From positions 2,979 to 66,978 of the forward strand of contig CACAMV010000001.1 in assembly GCA_902533695.1 (NCBI GenBank): a stretch of DNA of 64,000 nucleotides. Reading direction: 5' to 3'. The notes under the pieces were generated by a model that was not told where the DNA came from, did not search any database, and saw only the letters and a list, made by a program, of their open reading frames with translations. A program made the translations under genes and the position numbers. Below are positions 30,015 through 39,320 of this stretch, in pieces. Source of the stretch: an uncultured SAR116 cluster alpha proteobacterium. GTDB taxonomy: Bacteria; Pseudomonadota; Alphaproteobacteria; Puniceispirillales; Marisalimonadaceae. Position 1 is the first letter of the stretch. Each line of letters starts with the position of its first letter.

Positions 30015-31652
30015 TTATTTTGAATTAATTTTCTTAAATTCATTAAGTAAAATTATAATATTTGCTCCAATTATATTTTTATTTTGATCTAGTTTGTTTT
30101 CTGCAAAAATTTGTCCTTTGTGGGCTTCGATTATTTGCTTAGATATTGATAACCCAAGACCAGAATGTTTTCCAAAATCTTTTACATTTTGCCTATCAGT
30201 ATAAAATCTATCAAATATTTTGGTTGTTGCTGAATTAGGGAATCCCGGACCATTATCTTCTATTATTAGCCTTACTTTTTGTTGAATTAATTTTAAAAAA
30301 ATATCTATTTTTGCTTTGTCACCTGAAAAAGAAATTGAATTATCAATTATATTGTCTAAGACTTGTACTAGTTTACTTTCATTACCTTCTACAAAGATAT
30401 TTTTTTTTTCACAATGTAATGTTATTTTATAACCCAGCGCTGTTGCTCTTACATCAATAATAGCTTTTAAAAGCTTATACAAATTTATTTGTTTAAATTT
30501 AACTTTTAAAAGTTCTGCATCTAACTTACTTGCAAATGAAATATCTGAAATTAACTTATCTATTCTTCTTACATCTTTTTGAATTATTTCAATTAATTTT
30601 TTTTGATCGGATTTATTTTTTAAATTTATCATTGTTTCAGAAGCAGATCTCAAAGAAGTTAAAGGATTTTTCAATTCATGAGCTACATCTGCAGCAAAAG
30701 ATGATATATCGTTAACTCTTGATTGTAATTCTTTTATCATTGTCGAAAAAGATTTAGCCAAATCACCAATTTCATCATTTCTTTTAGGAAAATTTGGTAA
30801 ATTATCTAGTTTAATTATTTTATTAAATGTTATAAAATCTGCTAACTTTGCTAGGTCAATTATAGGGTTTGTGATGGATCTTGCTAAATAGACACCAAGT
30901 GCCAAAGTCGCAAATAAAATTAAACCTAATGTTTTAAAAAGCTCTGACTCTAGATTAATTAACTCTTCTTCAATCTTTTCACTAGAACCTGAAATTAATA
31001 CTGCACCTTTTATTAATCTTAAATGTTTTACTGGGAGCGCAACATATAAAACTAACTTTCCAAAATCATCACGCCTTAATACCCTAATATTTGTTCCATT
31101 TAAAGCTTCTTTTATTTCAGGTGGAGTCAAGTCAAAATTGATTTTATTTACATCATATTTATAACTAGATAAGTCTATAGGTTGAGAAACAACTTTGGAC
31201 AAATATCTTACAGAATTATTAAAAAAATTTTCTAAATTAAACCTTTCCTCTACATCTGGAAGTTTTTTTATTTTGACATTTGAAGTATAAATACCCCTAT
31301 TACTATCAGCTATTAAATTACCATCGAGGTTATATAATCTTGCTTGTAATTTATAATTTTTATAATCGTAAGGAAGTAAAGCCTGCAAATAATTTGAATA
31401 AATTTCATTTTTTTGAATTAAACCATACTCCTCCTCTAACATACCAATTGTTTTTGCAAATGTTAATCCTTGCCTTTCAATAGCTTCAAATTCAGACCTA
31501 ATTAAAATATCTTGATATTTGTTAAAATAAATTATCAACAAAGGATAAAAAACTACAGGTAGAATAATTATTACCAAAATTCTTGTTCTGAGCGGAAAAG
31601 TTATCTTACCCAAAAAAATATTTTTTATTAATCTTTGTGTATTAATTATCAC
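30015..31652 (-). CDS. sensor histidine kinase (ChvG/EnvZ-like)
   Basis: 545 aa. Two TM segments bracket a periplasmic domain. H-box AHELKNPLTS, N/G boxes DNGPGF and GLGLSI. The GTG start abuts the response-regulator stop. Confidence 0.85.
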   Translation of the reverse strand: MIINTQRLIKNIFLGKITFPLRTRILVIIILPVVFYPLLIIYFNKYQDILIRSEFEAIERQGLTFAKTIGMLEEEYGLIQKNEIYSNYLQALLPYDYKNYKLQARLYNLDGNLIADSNRGIYTSNVKIKKLPDVEERFNLENFFNNSVRYLSKVVSQPIDLSSYKYDVNKINFDLTPPEIKEALNGTNIRVLRRDDFGKLVLYVALPVKHLRLIKGAVLISGSSEKIEEELINLESELFKTLGLILFATLALGVYLARSITNPIIDLAKLADFITFNKIIKLDNLPNFPKRNDEIGDLAKSFSTMIKELQSRVNDISSFAADVAHELKNPLTSLRSASETMINLKNKSDQKKLIEIIQKDVRRIDKLISDISFASKLDAELLKVKFKQINLYKLLKAIIDVRATALGYKITLHCEKKNIFVEGNESKLVQVLDNIIDNSISFSGDKAKIDIFLKLIQQKVRLIIEDNGPGFPNSATTKIFDRFYTDRQNVKDFGKHSGLGLSISKQIIEAHKGQIFAENKLDQNKNIIGANIIILLNEFKKINSK

Positions 31653-32342
31653 TCAAGTTTCTCTATATCTATACCCCACTCCATACAAAGTCTCTATCCT
31701 ATCAAAATTTTTGTCAAAAAATCTGAACTTTCTTCGCATTCTTTTGACATGACTGTCAATTGTTCTATCATCAACATAAATTGTTTCTCCATAAGCCGCA
31801 TCCATTAATTGATCTCTACTTTTTACCAAACCAGGTCTTAAAGCAAGACATTGCAAAATAAGAAATTCAGTTACTGTAAGCCTAATCTCATTTTCATACC
31901 AAACACATAGATGTCTTTCTAAATCTAACTTTAGATCACCTCTGATTATTATTTTATCAGGATCAATATTGTCAGAAATTGAACTTCTTCTGAGAACTGC
32001 TCTTATTCTTTCTATTAACAATTTTTGTGAAAATGGCTTTCTGATATAGTCATCAGCTCCCATCCTTAAACCCAGGGCCTCGTCTAATTCATCATCTTTA
32101 CTGGTTAAAAAAATAACAGGAATATTACTATTAATCCTTAATTTCTTTAATAATTCCATTCCATCCATTCTAGGCATTTTAATATCTAAAATAGCTAAAT
32201 CTGGAGGATTTCTTTGCAATGCAATCAAACCCTTTTCACCATCTGGGAATGTTTCAACATCCCAACCTTCTGATCTGAGTGAAACTGATACAGAAGCTAA
32301 AATATGGTTATCATCATCAATTAATACTATTCTTTCTTGCAT
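31653..32342 (-). CDS. OmpR/PhoB-family response regulator (ChvI-like)
   Basis: 229 aa. Receiver domain (LIDDD..., phospho-Asp in LDIKMP) plus a winged-helix output domain (...GVGYRYR). Confidence 0.9.
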   Translation of the reverse strand: MQERIVLIDDDNHILASVSVSLRSEGWDVETFPDGEKGLIALQRNPPDLAILDIKMPRMDGMELLKKLRINSNIPVIFLTSKDDELDEALGLRMGADDYIRKPFSQKLLIERIRAVLRRSSISDNIDPDKIIIRGDLKLDLERHLCVWYENEIRLTVTEFLILQCLALRPGLVKSRDQLMDAAYGETIYVDDRTIDSHVKRMRRKFRFFDKNFDRIETLYGVGYRYRET

Positions 32343-32401
32343 TTCTTCCCATCAAATTAGATTATTAAATAATCAGGTTAAATTATGAGTGCATTATGTT
32401 T

Positions 32402-35215
32402 CTAATGTGCATCAGACCAATTCTTTGCGTATCCTTCTTCCACTTTTAAATTAACATTTAAGCTTTTCATTGGTAAATTAGCTTGTTCCATTATAGGCTT
32501 AATTATATCAATCTCATTCTCTAATTCATTTTCATGTACTTCAAATACCAATTCATCATGAACTTGAAGTAAAATTTTTGTATCTGAATTCCTATTAATA
32601 AAATTATTAGATAATTTTACCATTGCTAATTTCATAATATCTGCTGCTGTACCTTGAATCGGAGCATTAATTGCTTGTCTTTCTGCAAAAAATCTCAAAT
32701 TCTGATTTTTAGAATCAATACCATTTATATTTATTTTTCTTCCAAATAAAGTTTCTACAAAACCATTTTCGTATAATTCTTTTTTAATTTTTTCCATATA
32801 TTCTCTTATATTTGGAAATCTTTTAAAATATGAGTCTATAAAATATTTTGCTTCACTATTTGTACAACTCAATTGTTTAGCTAAACCAAAAGGAGAAATA
32901 CCATAAATTATACCAAAATTAATAGCCTTGGCACTCCTTCTGATGGTTGAATCCATATCTTTAATAGGTACATTAAATACTTTTGATGCTGTATCAGCAT
33001 GAATATCTAAATTGTTGTTAAACGCTTCAATCATACTTTTTTCGCTTGCTATATGTGCAATCAATCTTAATTCAATTTGAGAATAATCCATTGATAATAA
33101 TAAATGATTTTCTTTTGATTCAAATGCCTTTCTTATTAAACGTCCCTCTTCAGTTCTAATTGGGATATTTTGTAAATTTGGTTCGGAAGATGATAACCTA
33201 CCAGTACTTGTTCCAACCATTGAGTAACTAGTATGTATTCTGTTTGTATTTGGATTAATTTGATCAACCAATGCTTCAGAATAAGTGCTTCTTAACTTAG
33301 AAAAATGTCTCCAATTCAAAATGTGATTTGCAATTTTATGATCATTAAAAGAAAGTTCCTTCAAAACGTTAACACTAGTTTGCCATGATCCATTCTTTGA
33401 TTTTTTTCCCCCACCCAATTTCATTTTTTCAAAAAGTATTTCACCTAATTGCTTTGGAGAACCTATATTAAAGTTCGTTTTGCTAATCTTAAAAATCTCA
33501 TTTTCTAAAGTCTTTATTTTAATACCAAGCTGATATGAAATTTGATTCAAAGTATTTTTATTTACTAAAATCCCATTATTTTCAATCTCAGAGATAACTG
33601 GTATAAGTGATTTTTCTAACTTTTCATAAACTGCATATTTTTTTTCCAAAAATAGCTTAGAGTAAAGTTTCTTATATAATTCTAATGCTACATCAGCATC
33701 TTCCGCGGCATAGTTAAAAGCATCTTTAGGATCAATTTGGTCAAAAGTTTTCTGGTTAACTCCTTTCCCACATACTTCTTCAAACTTTATAGTATTATAA
33801 TTTAATTCACTTAACGCCAAAGTGTCTAATTTATGATTTTCAATTTTTCCTAAATTTAAAACATATGAAATACACATAGTGTCTCCCAAGGGACTTAAGT
33901 TGATAGAGCCATTTTTCCTCTGGTTTAAGACTAATGAATCAAATTTAATGTTATGACCTATCTTTAAAATGGCTTGATTTTCAAAAATAGGTTTTAATTT
34001 TTCAATCACAATTTCGAAGTCAATTTGTGTAATATTTTTTTGAAAATTATTTTCAAAATCTAAAAGATTAGAATTATTATTTATCTTACCATGTCTAAGA
34101 GGTATGTAACTTGCCTTACCTCTATCATAACAAATTGAGATACCTACTAAATTAGTAGATTTTGCATTTAAAGAATCGGTTTCACAATCAATTGCAAGTA
34201 TATCTTTAGTTTTACAAATCCCTATCAATTCATCTAATTCCTTTAATTTAGTAATTAATTTATAATCTTTTTTTCTTTCTGCAAAATTGACATTAATTTC
34301 TTTATTATTTTTGCTAGAACTTTGACGATTTAATCTATCAAACAACCTTTTAAAATTGTTTTCAGTTAAAAACTTTTTTAATTTGTCATTTTGCAAATCT
34401 ATATCTGCTTTTAATTCTTCTAACTTTAGCTTGATGGGAACATCCTTTTTTAAAGTTACTAATTTACGTGAAATAATAGCCTGTTCTTTAAATTCATTTA
34501 AATTTTCTCTCCTCTTATTCTGCTTAATTTCATTTATTTTTAAAAAAAGTTTATCTAGAGAACCGAATTTATTAATTAGTTCAGCAGCAATTTTAAGGCC
34601 TATACCTGGCACGCCAGGTACATTGTCACTAGAATCGCCAGCTAGCGATTGAACATCAATCACCTGTTCTGGTTTTACTCCAAATTTTTCACAAACCATT
34701 TCAGAGTCTATCCAGACATTTTTCATCGGATCTAGCATTACAGTGTTGTCGTCAACCAATTGCATAAGGTCTTTATCACTTGAAATTATTATAACATTTT
34801 TTGATTCTACATTTGCTTTTTTACAAAAAGTAGCTATTAAATCATCCGCCTCATAACCATCCATCTCAATAACTGGTAACCCTAAAGCTTTTGACCCCTG
34901 TTTAATTATACTAAATTGAGGAATCAATTCTTCAGGAGGTGAAGCTCTGTTTGATTTATAATTTTCATAAATATGATTTCTAAAAGTCTTTCTTGAAAAA
35001 TCAAAAAAAACAGCAAAATTGTTTGACTTAAAATCATTAATTAATTTAACCATCATATTCATGAAGCCGTAAACAGCATTTATTGGAACACCATCTGGAT
35101 TTGTCATAGATGGTATTGCATAAAAGGCTCTAAAAATATACCCAGAACCATCAATTAAAATTAAATTATTTTTATCAAAATAATCAAATTTTCTTTTTGT
35201 AATGTTTTTATCCAA
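32402..35215 (-). CDS. polA: DNA polymerase I
   Basis: 937 aa. 5'-nuclease domain, 3'-5' exo domain, and polymerase motifs DYSQIELR and QVHDELVFE. Confidence 0.97.
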   Translation of the reverse strand: MDKNITKRKFDYFDKNNLILIDGSGYIFRAFYAIPSMTNPDGVPINAVYGFMNMMVKLINDFKSNNFAVFFDFSRKTFRNHIYENYKSNRASPPEELIPQFSIIKQGSKALGLPVIEMDGYEADDLIATFCKKANVESKNVIIISSDKDLMQLVDDNTVMLDPMKNVWIDSEMVCEKFGVKPEQVIDVQSLAGDSSDNVPGVPGIGLKIAAELINKFGSLDKLFLKINEIKQNKRRENLNEFKEQAIISRKLVTLKKDVPIKLKLEELKADIDLQNDKLKKFLTENNFKRLFDRLNRQSSSKNNKEINVNFAERKKDYKLITKLKELDELIGICKTKDILAIDCETDSLNAKSTNLVGISICYDRGKASYIPLRHGKINNNSNLLDFENNFQKNITQIDFEIVIEKLKPIFENQAILKIGHNIKFDSLVLNQRKNGSINLSPLGDTMCISYVLNLGKIENHKLDTLALSELNYNTIKFEEVCGKGVNQKTFDQIDPKDAFNYAAEDADVALELYKKLYSKLFLEKKYAVYEKLEKSLIPVISEIENNGILVNKNTLNQISYQLGIKIKTLENEIFKISKTNFNIGSPKQLGEILFEKMKLGGGKKSKNGSWQTSVNVLKELSFNDHKIANHILNWRHFSKLRSTYSEALVDQINPNTNRIHTSYSMVGTSTGRLSSSEPNLQNIPIRTEEGRLIRKAFESKENHLLLSMDYSQIELRLIAHIASEKSMIEAFNNNLDIHADTASKVFNVPIKDMDSTIRRSAKAINFGIIYGISPFGLAKQLSCTNSEAKYFIDSYFKRFPNIREYMEKIKKELYENGFVETLFGRKININGIDSKNQNLRFFAERQAINAPIQGTAADIMKLAMVKLSNNFINRNSDTKILLQVHDELVFEVHENELENEIDIIKPIMEQANLPMKSLNVNLKVEEGYAKNWSDAH

Positions 35216-35230
35216 TTTGTAACTATAAAT

Positions 35231-35416
35231 TTACTTTTTTAAAAAAACATATTTTTTTGAACAATATGGACAAATTATTTTTCCTTCTGCACCAAGGTTC
35301 AAAAAAACAATAGGATGTCCAAAATCAGTTCCTCCATCACAGCTAATTTTTTTTTCATTCACTTTGACAATATCTTTATGGAGAATATTTTTATTTTTTG
35401 TTTTAGCTTCTATCAT
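35231..35416 (-). CDS. zinc-finger (zf-CHCC-like) domain protein
   Basis: 61 aa. ISCDGG...GHPIVFLNL...CPYCSKKY matches the CHCC zinc-finger pattern that is common next to polA in alphaproteobacteria. Confidence 0.75.
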   Translation of the reverse strand: MIEAKTKNKNILHKDIVKVNEKKISCDGGTDFGHPIVFLNLGAEGKIICPYCSKKYVFLKK

Positions 35417-35484
35417 ACCAATTGCATTTGAAATAATTTTATTATATTTAATATAGACATTTTATTTTATATATCAATTTAACT

Positions 35485-36435
35485 ATGACAAATAAATGGA
35501 TTACACCAAAAGATAATCTAGCAATAGAAATTAAAAATCTTACTAAAAATTACATTGGGGCTGAAAAAGAAGATGTTGCAATTAATAATATTTCTTTACA
35601 AATAGAATGTGGATCGTTTTTTGGACTCTTAGGACCAAATGGTGCAGGAAAGTCAACTCTAATAAATATTATAGCTGGTACTGTAATGAAAACTAAAGGT
35701 GAAGTAAAGGTATGGAATATAGACATAGATAAGAATAGAAAACAATCTAAGTTGGCTGTTGGTGTTGTGCCACAAGAATTAAATATAGATGCTTTTTTTA
35801 CACCTAAAGAGCAATTAGAATTACAGGCTGGCCTATTTAATGTTCCAAAAAAAAATAGAGTAACTAATCAAATTTTAGAGATAATGGATCTCACATCTAA
35901 AGCTAATGAATATAGTAGAAAATTATCTGGGGGAATGAGGAGAAGATTATTAGTCGCAAAAGCTATGGTTCATCAACCTCCAATTTTAATTCTTGACGAA
36001 CCAACTGCAGGAGTTGATGTAGAACTTAGAAAAAAATTATGGGCAAGTTTTAAAAAATTAAATGATCAAGGAGTAACAATCATTTTAACAACACATTATT
36101 TAGAAGAAGCAGAAAAATTATGTGATAAAATTGCTATTATTCATAAAGGAAAAATTGTAGCGGAAGATAAAAAAAGTAATTTATTGTCAAAAATTGATCA
36201 AAAAATTATCTCAATAAAGTTTGAAGATAAATTATCTAGCAAAATTAAAAATTATTTGAAAAAATTAGGTAAGGTTAGATTTAATGAAAATAATTGTGAA
36301 ATTTCTTTTATCCCTTCAAAAACCCCTATGAACAAAATTTTAAATTTTTTAAAAGAAAATAATATTAAAGTTTTAGATTTACATACCAAAGATGTTAATT
36401 TAGAGGACGTTTTTTTAATGTTTACTAAAAATTGA
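35485..36435 (+). CDS. ABC transporter ATP-binding protein (ABC-2/YadG-like)
   Basis: 316 aa. Walker A GPNGAGKST, signature LSGGMRRRL, Walker B LILDEPTAGVD, plus a roughly 90-aa C-terminal extension. Confidence 0.9.
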   Translation: MTNKWITPKDNLAIEIKNLTKNYIGAEKEDVAINNISLQIECGSFFGLLGPNGAGKSTLINIIAGTVMKTKGEVKVWNIDIDKNRKQSKLAVGVVPQELNIDAFFTPKEQLELQAGLFNVPKKNRVTNQILEIMDLTSKANEYSRKLSGGMRRRLLVAKAMVHQPPILILDEPTAGVDVELRKKLWASFKKLNDQGVTIILTTHYLEEAEKLCDKIAIIHKGKIVAEDKKSNLLSKIDQKIISIKFEDKLSSKIKNYLKKLGKVRFNENNCEISFIPSKTPMNKILNFLKENNIKVLDLHTKDVNLEDVFLMFTKN

Positions 36436-36520
36436 AATAAATTTTAAGTTTTTATTTGTTTTTAAATATTGATTATTAAAACCTGTGTTATATTAGATAT
36501 TATCAAAAACAGGAATTTAA

Positions 36521-37135
36521 ATGGACGCCCCAATACTCAAAATATTTACAGATTATGTTTGTCCATGGTGTTACTTGAGTCATGCAAGATTAAAAAGAAT
36601 TATTAAAAATTATAATATTAAAACTCAAATTATCCATTTTCCGTTACACCCAGATACTCCAAATGAGGGTAGAAATTTATTGGATTTATTTCAATGTACC
36701 TCTCATGAACTCAAACAAAAAAATATGATGATGGACCAATTGATGATAGAAGAAAACTTGAATTATAATTATAGAGAATTCACATATAATAGTCGTCTTG
36801 CTCAGGAGTTAGGGTTTTGGGCAGAGATAAAACATGAAAATATGGAAATTCACGACAAAATATATGAAGCATATTTTAAATTTAAACTTAACATTAATGA
36901 CAAAGATATTTTGTTAGATATAGTTTCAAATTTGAAATTACCAAAAAATGAAGCAAATGACGTGCTTTCTAAAAGAATATATAAAAATGAAATTGATAAA
37001 CATTGGCAACTTTCTTATAAATTTGGTGTAACTGGCGTGCCCACATACATATTGAACAAAAACTATTTAGTTGGAGCACAAGACAACAAGAATTTTAAAA
37101 GTTTATTTAATATTGAAAATATAGCTTTAAAATAA
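36521..37135 (+). CDS. DsbA/FrnE-family thiol:disulfide oxidoreductase
   Basis: 204 aa. N-terminal CPWC in the context FTDYVCPWCY, and GVTGVPTY near the C-terminus. Confidence 0.8.
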   Translation: MDAPILKIFTDYVCPWCYLSHARLKRIIKNYNIKTQIIHFPLHPDTPNEGRNLLDLFQCTSHELKQKNMMMDQLMIEENLNYNYREFTYNSRLAQELGFWAEIKHENMEIHDKIYEAYFKFKLNINDKDILLDIVSNLKLPKNEANDVLSKRIYKNEIDKHWQLSYKFGVTGVPTYILNKNYLVGAQDNKNFKSLFNIENIALK

Positions 37136-37383
37136 AAAACATGAAATCATACCTAATGATAAAATCTTACGTTCCAAAAATTTTAGTTGATGACTTTGAA
37201 AAATGGGGTATTCCGAAAAGCACATAAGGATGCGCATGAAGAATTTAATGCAATAAATTTTTTTTATAAGTTGTTCTTAAATTAATTATATTCATTATGC
37301 ATATTACGAATTCAAATCTTTGAAAGAAGCAAATAATAAGTGGTAAACGCAACACTTTTTGTACAAATGAGTACTATGTAAAT

Positions 37384-37405
37384 GGTCTACCATTTGGTCT
37401 ACCAT
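37384..37405. repeat. tandem direct repeat GGTCTACCAT-tt-GGTCTACCAT, with an internal inverted half-site TGGT..ACCA in each unit
   Basis: Read directly from aatGGTCTACCATttGGTCTACCATcc. The two units are in 12-bp register and lie in a non-coding gap. Confidence 0.6.
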
Positions 37406-37468
37406 CCAGGAACTGATTACATAATATGCTTGCAAATCAATAGGTTACAATGAATGAAATACATCGAA

Positions 37469-37555
37469 TGGTGCGGCTGAGAAGACTTGAACTTCCACAG
37501 GTTTTACCCCACAGCGACCTCAACGCTGCGCGTCTACCAATTCCGCCACAGCCGC
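37469..37555 (-). tRNA. tRNA-Leu (anticodon GAG)
   Basis: The reverse complement GCGGCUGUGGCGGAAUUGGUAGACGCGCAGCGUUGAGGUCGCUGUGGGGUAAAACCUGUGGAAGUUCAAGUCUUCUCAGCCGCACCA is 87 nt. It has a long variable arm, anticodon loop UUGAGGU and an encoded CCA. Confidence 0.9.
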
Positions 37556-37615
37556 TATTATATTTTTTTTTATCATATGATATACTATTAATCGAGAAAT
37601 AGTTGATAAAAATAA

Positions 37616-38248
37616 ATGAAATTAAATGAAAAAATAAAGATTAAACTTTCTAAAGAACCTGTTCATTTTGACTATGCAATTGATTTTATGAAAAATCATT
37701 TAACTTTTATGAAAAATAATCAAAAAGGTGAATTATTATGGTTTTTGGAACATGAATCAATTTATACAGCAGGAACTTCAGCAAAAAATGAAGATCAAAA
37801 TATAAAAAATAAGAATTTAATTAGATACACTAACAGAGGAGGACAATGGACCTGGCATGGAAATGGCCAAAGAGTTGTATATATAATGTTAGATTTATCA
37901 AAAAGGGAAAAAGATATTAAAAAGTTCATAAATCGTTTGGAAAATTGGATAATTGTAACATTAGATAATTTTAACATCAGCTCAGTTACTAGAGAAAATT
38001 ATCCAGGTGTATGGATTGAAAAGAAAAAAGACTTTTTTAAAATAGCTTCTATTGGGATTAGAATATCAAATTGGATTACATGGCATGGTGTTTCGATTAA
38101 TTTAAATCCTAAACTTGATAACTTTGATCAAATTATACCATGTGGAGTAAAGAATTCTCACGTAACTAGTATGAAAGATCAAGGTGTAAAAATAGACTTC
38201 AAAACTCTTGATAAAAGTTTAATAGATAATTTCAAAAATTTTTTTTAA
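37616..38248 (+). CDS. lipB: octanoyltransferase (lipoyl(octanoyl) transferase)
   Basis: 210 aa. Motifs NRGGQWTWHGNGQ and IPCG. Confidence 0.92.
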   Translation: MKLNEKIKIKLSKEPVHFDYAIDFMKNHLTFMKNNQKGELLWFLEHESIYTAGTSAKNEDQNIKNKNLIRYTNRGGQWTWHGNGQRVVYIMLDLSKREKDIKKFINRLENWIIVTLDNFNISSVTRENYPGVWIEKKKDFFKIASIGIRISNWITWHGVSINLNPKLDNFDQIIPCGVKNSHVTSMKDQGVKIDFKTLDKSLIDNFKNFF

Positions 38249-38631
38249 TCAAAATAACTATGCTTAGGAAACAAGTTTATCAAATTTTTTACAAGAATTT
38301 TGTATGCTTTATCTGAGTCAGATTTAAGATCTTGATCGTTAATTACAATTGAATATTCTTTTTTGTCATTAAAATGTAAAATTTCATTCCTTTTTTTTCT
38401 CAACCAATTAATCTCACTTGAGTGTTTAATTTTTTTCAATTTCAAGGCATTTATAAGTTCAATATATTCTTCATCTAAAAAAATATTATCTAAAATTGTA
38501 AGTGAAAAAACAATGATTGTAGCCCACATTTTATTTTTTCTTGCCAATATAATTTCATTGAAAATTTTCTTTGAATTTGGTTTCAACAAACCCAAAATGA
38601 AATCAATTTCTATAAAAAATTCATTTCTCAT
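38245..38631 (-). CDS. hypothetical small helical protein with an R-x4-H (HEPN-like) motif
   Basis: 128 aa. INWLRKKRNEILHFND contains R-N-x3-H. Its start overlaps the ATP12 gene end by 11 nt, and its stop codon overlaps the stop of convergent lipB. Confidence 0.5.
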   Translation of the reverse strand: MRNEFFIEIDFILGLLKPNSKKIFNEIILARKNKMWATIIVFSLTILDNIFLDEEYIELINALKLKKIKHSSEINWLRKKRNEILHFNDKKEYSIVINDQDLKSDSDKAYKILVKNLINLFPKHSYFD

Positions 38632-39319
38632 ATGATAAAATATCTAATATAATTTTAGTTTTTTTTATAATTTTAAGATAAGCATCTCTTTTAATTTCCT
38701 CATCATTTATTTTTCCCCATTGTATGGATTGCCAAATTTCATCAAGAAAAGCACATTTAAAAAAATACCTTTCATCGATTAAATTCTTATATAAAGAGTA
38801 AGAGAGTAAAATTGAGGTTGAAATTTTAGTGATTTTAAATATGCAAGATAATTCAAAATGATTTAGCTTATTTAATCTTTTTTGTAAATTTAAAATTGAC
38901 ATTTTAGGTTGATATTTGGGCATCAAACCATAAAATTTATTAAATTTTAAATTTATTTCTCCTAAATCATTTAATACTGGATCCCAAAAATCATTTTGCA
39001 ATTTTATTAAATCTTCTGGGCTTTCTGCTCTATAACAAATTAGATCAGTAGATGCATAATTACAAATTTCTTTAATATAATTTTTTTTGTCATTTTGTAT
39101 TTTGTCAATCGCTAACGAGAAAATTTCAAAGTACAAAATTTTGTTTAAATCAATATTTTTACCAAATTCTTTAATGTCATTTTTTAATAATATTGCAAGA
39201 TTTTTGTTGGTAAAATTAAAAAAATTATTTTCTTTGGACTTTAGGACTTGTTTACCTAAATAAATGTTAAAATAATTTTCCTTAAAAAGTATTGAAATAT
39301 CTGAACAACTTTTTTTCAT
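38621..39319 (-). CDS. ATP12-family F1-ATPase assembly chaperone
   Basis: 232 aa. ATP12-like blocks YRAESPEDLIKLQNDFWDPVL and LDEIWQSIQWGKINDEEI. Conserved alphaproteobacterial context rluC-HAD-ATP12. Confidence 0.75.
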   Translation of the reverse strand: MKKSCSDISILFKENYFNIYLGKQVLKSKENNFFNFTNKNLAILLKNDIKEFGKNIDLNKILYFEIFSLAIDKIQNDKKNYIKEICNYASTDLICYRAESPEDLIKLQNDFWDPVLNDLGEINLKFNKFYGLMPKYQPKMSILNLQKRLNKLNHFELSCIFKITKISTSILLSYSLYKNLIDERYFFKCAFLDEIWQSIQWGKINDEEIKRDAYLKIIKKTKIILDILSYEK

Positions 39320-39320
39320 A

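Noticed and set aside
37329-37346. GCA AAT AAT AAG TGG TAA, a possible tmRNA tag-like reading frame in the non-coding gap
   Set aside because: The peptide ANNKW lacks the hydrophobic ...AA C-terminus of SsrA tags. No tRNA-Ala-like acceptor or T-arm module is nearby.
37136-37555. Genomic island integrated at tRNA-Leu
   Set aside because: There is no integrase, no phage or mobile-element genes, and no direct repeat of the tRNA 3' end that I could find in the adjacent sequence. Only the possibility of a scar remains, and that is reported as a finding.
37571-37582. Perfect 12-nt palindrome TATCATATGATA between tRNA-Leu and lipB
   Set aside because: It is a short all-AT/one-GC palindrome in a divergent promoter region, which could plausibly arise by chance. 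It has no second copy and no associated regulator.
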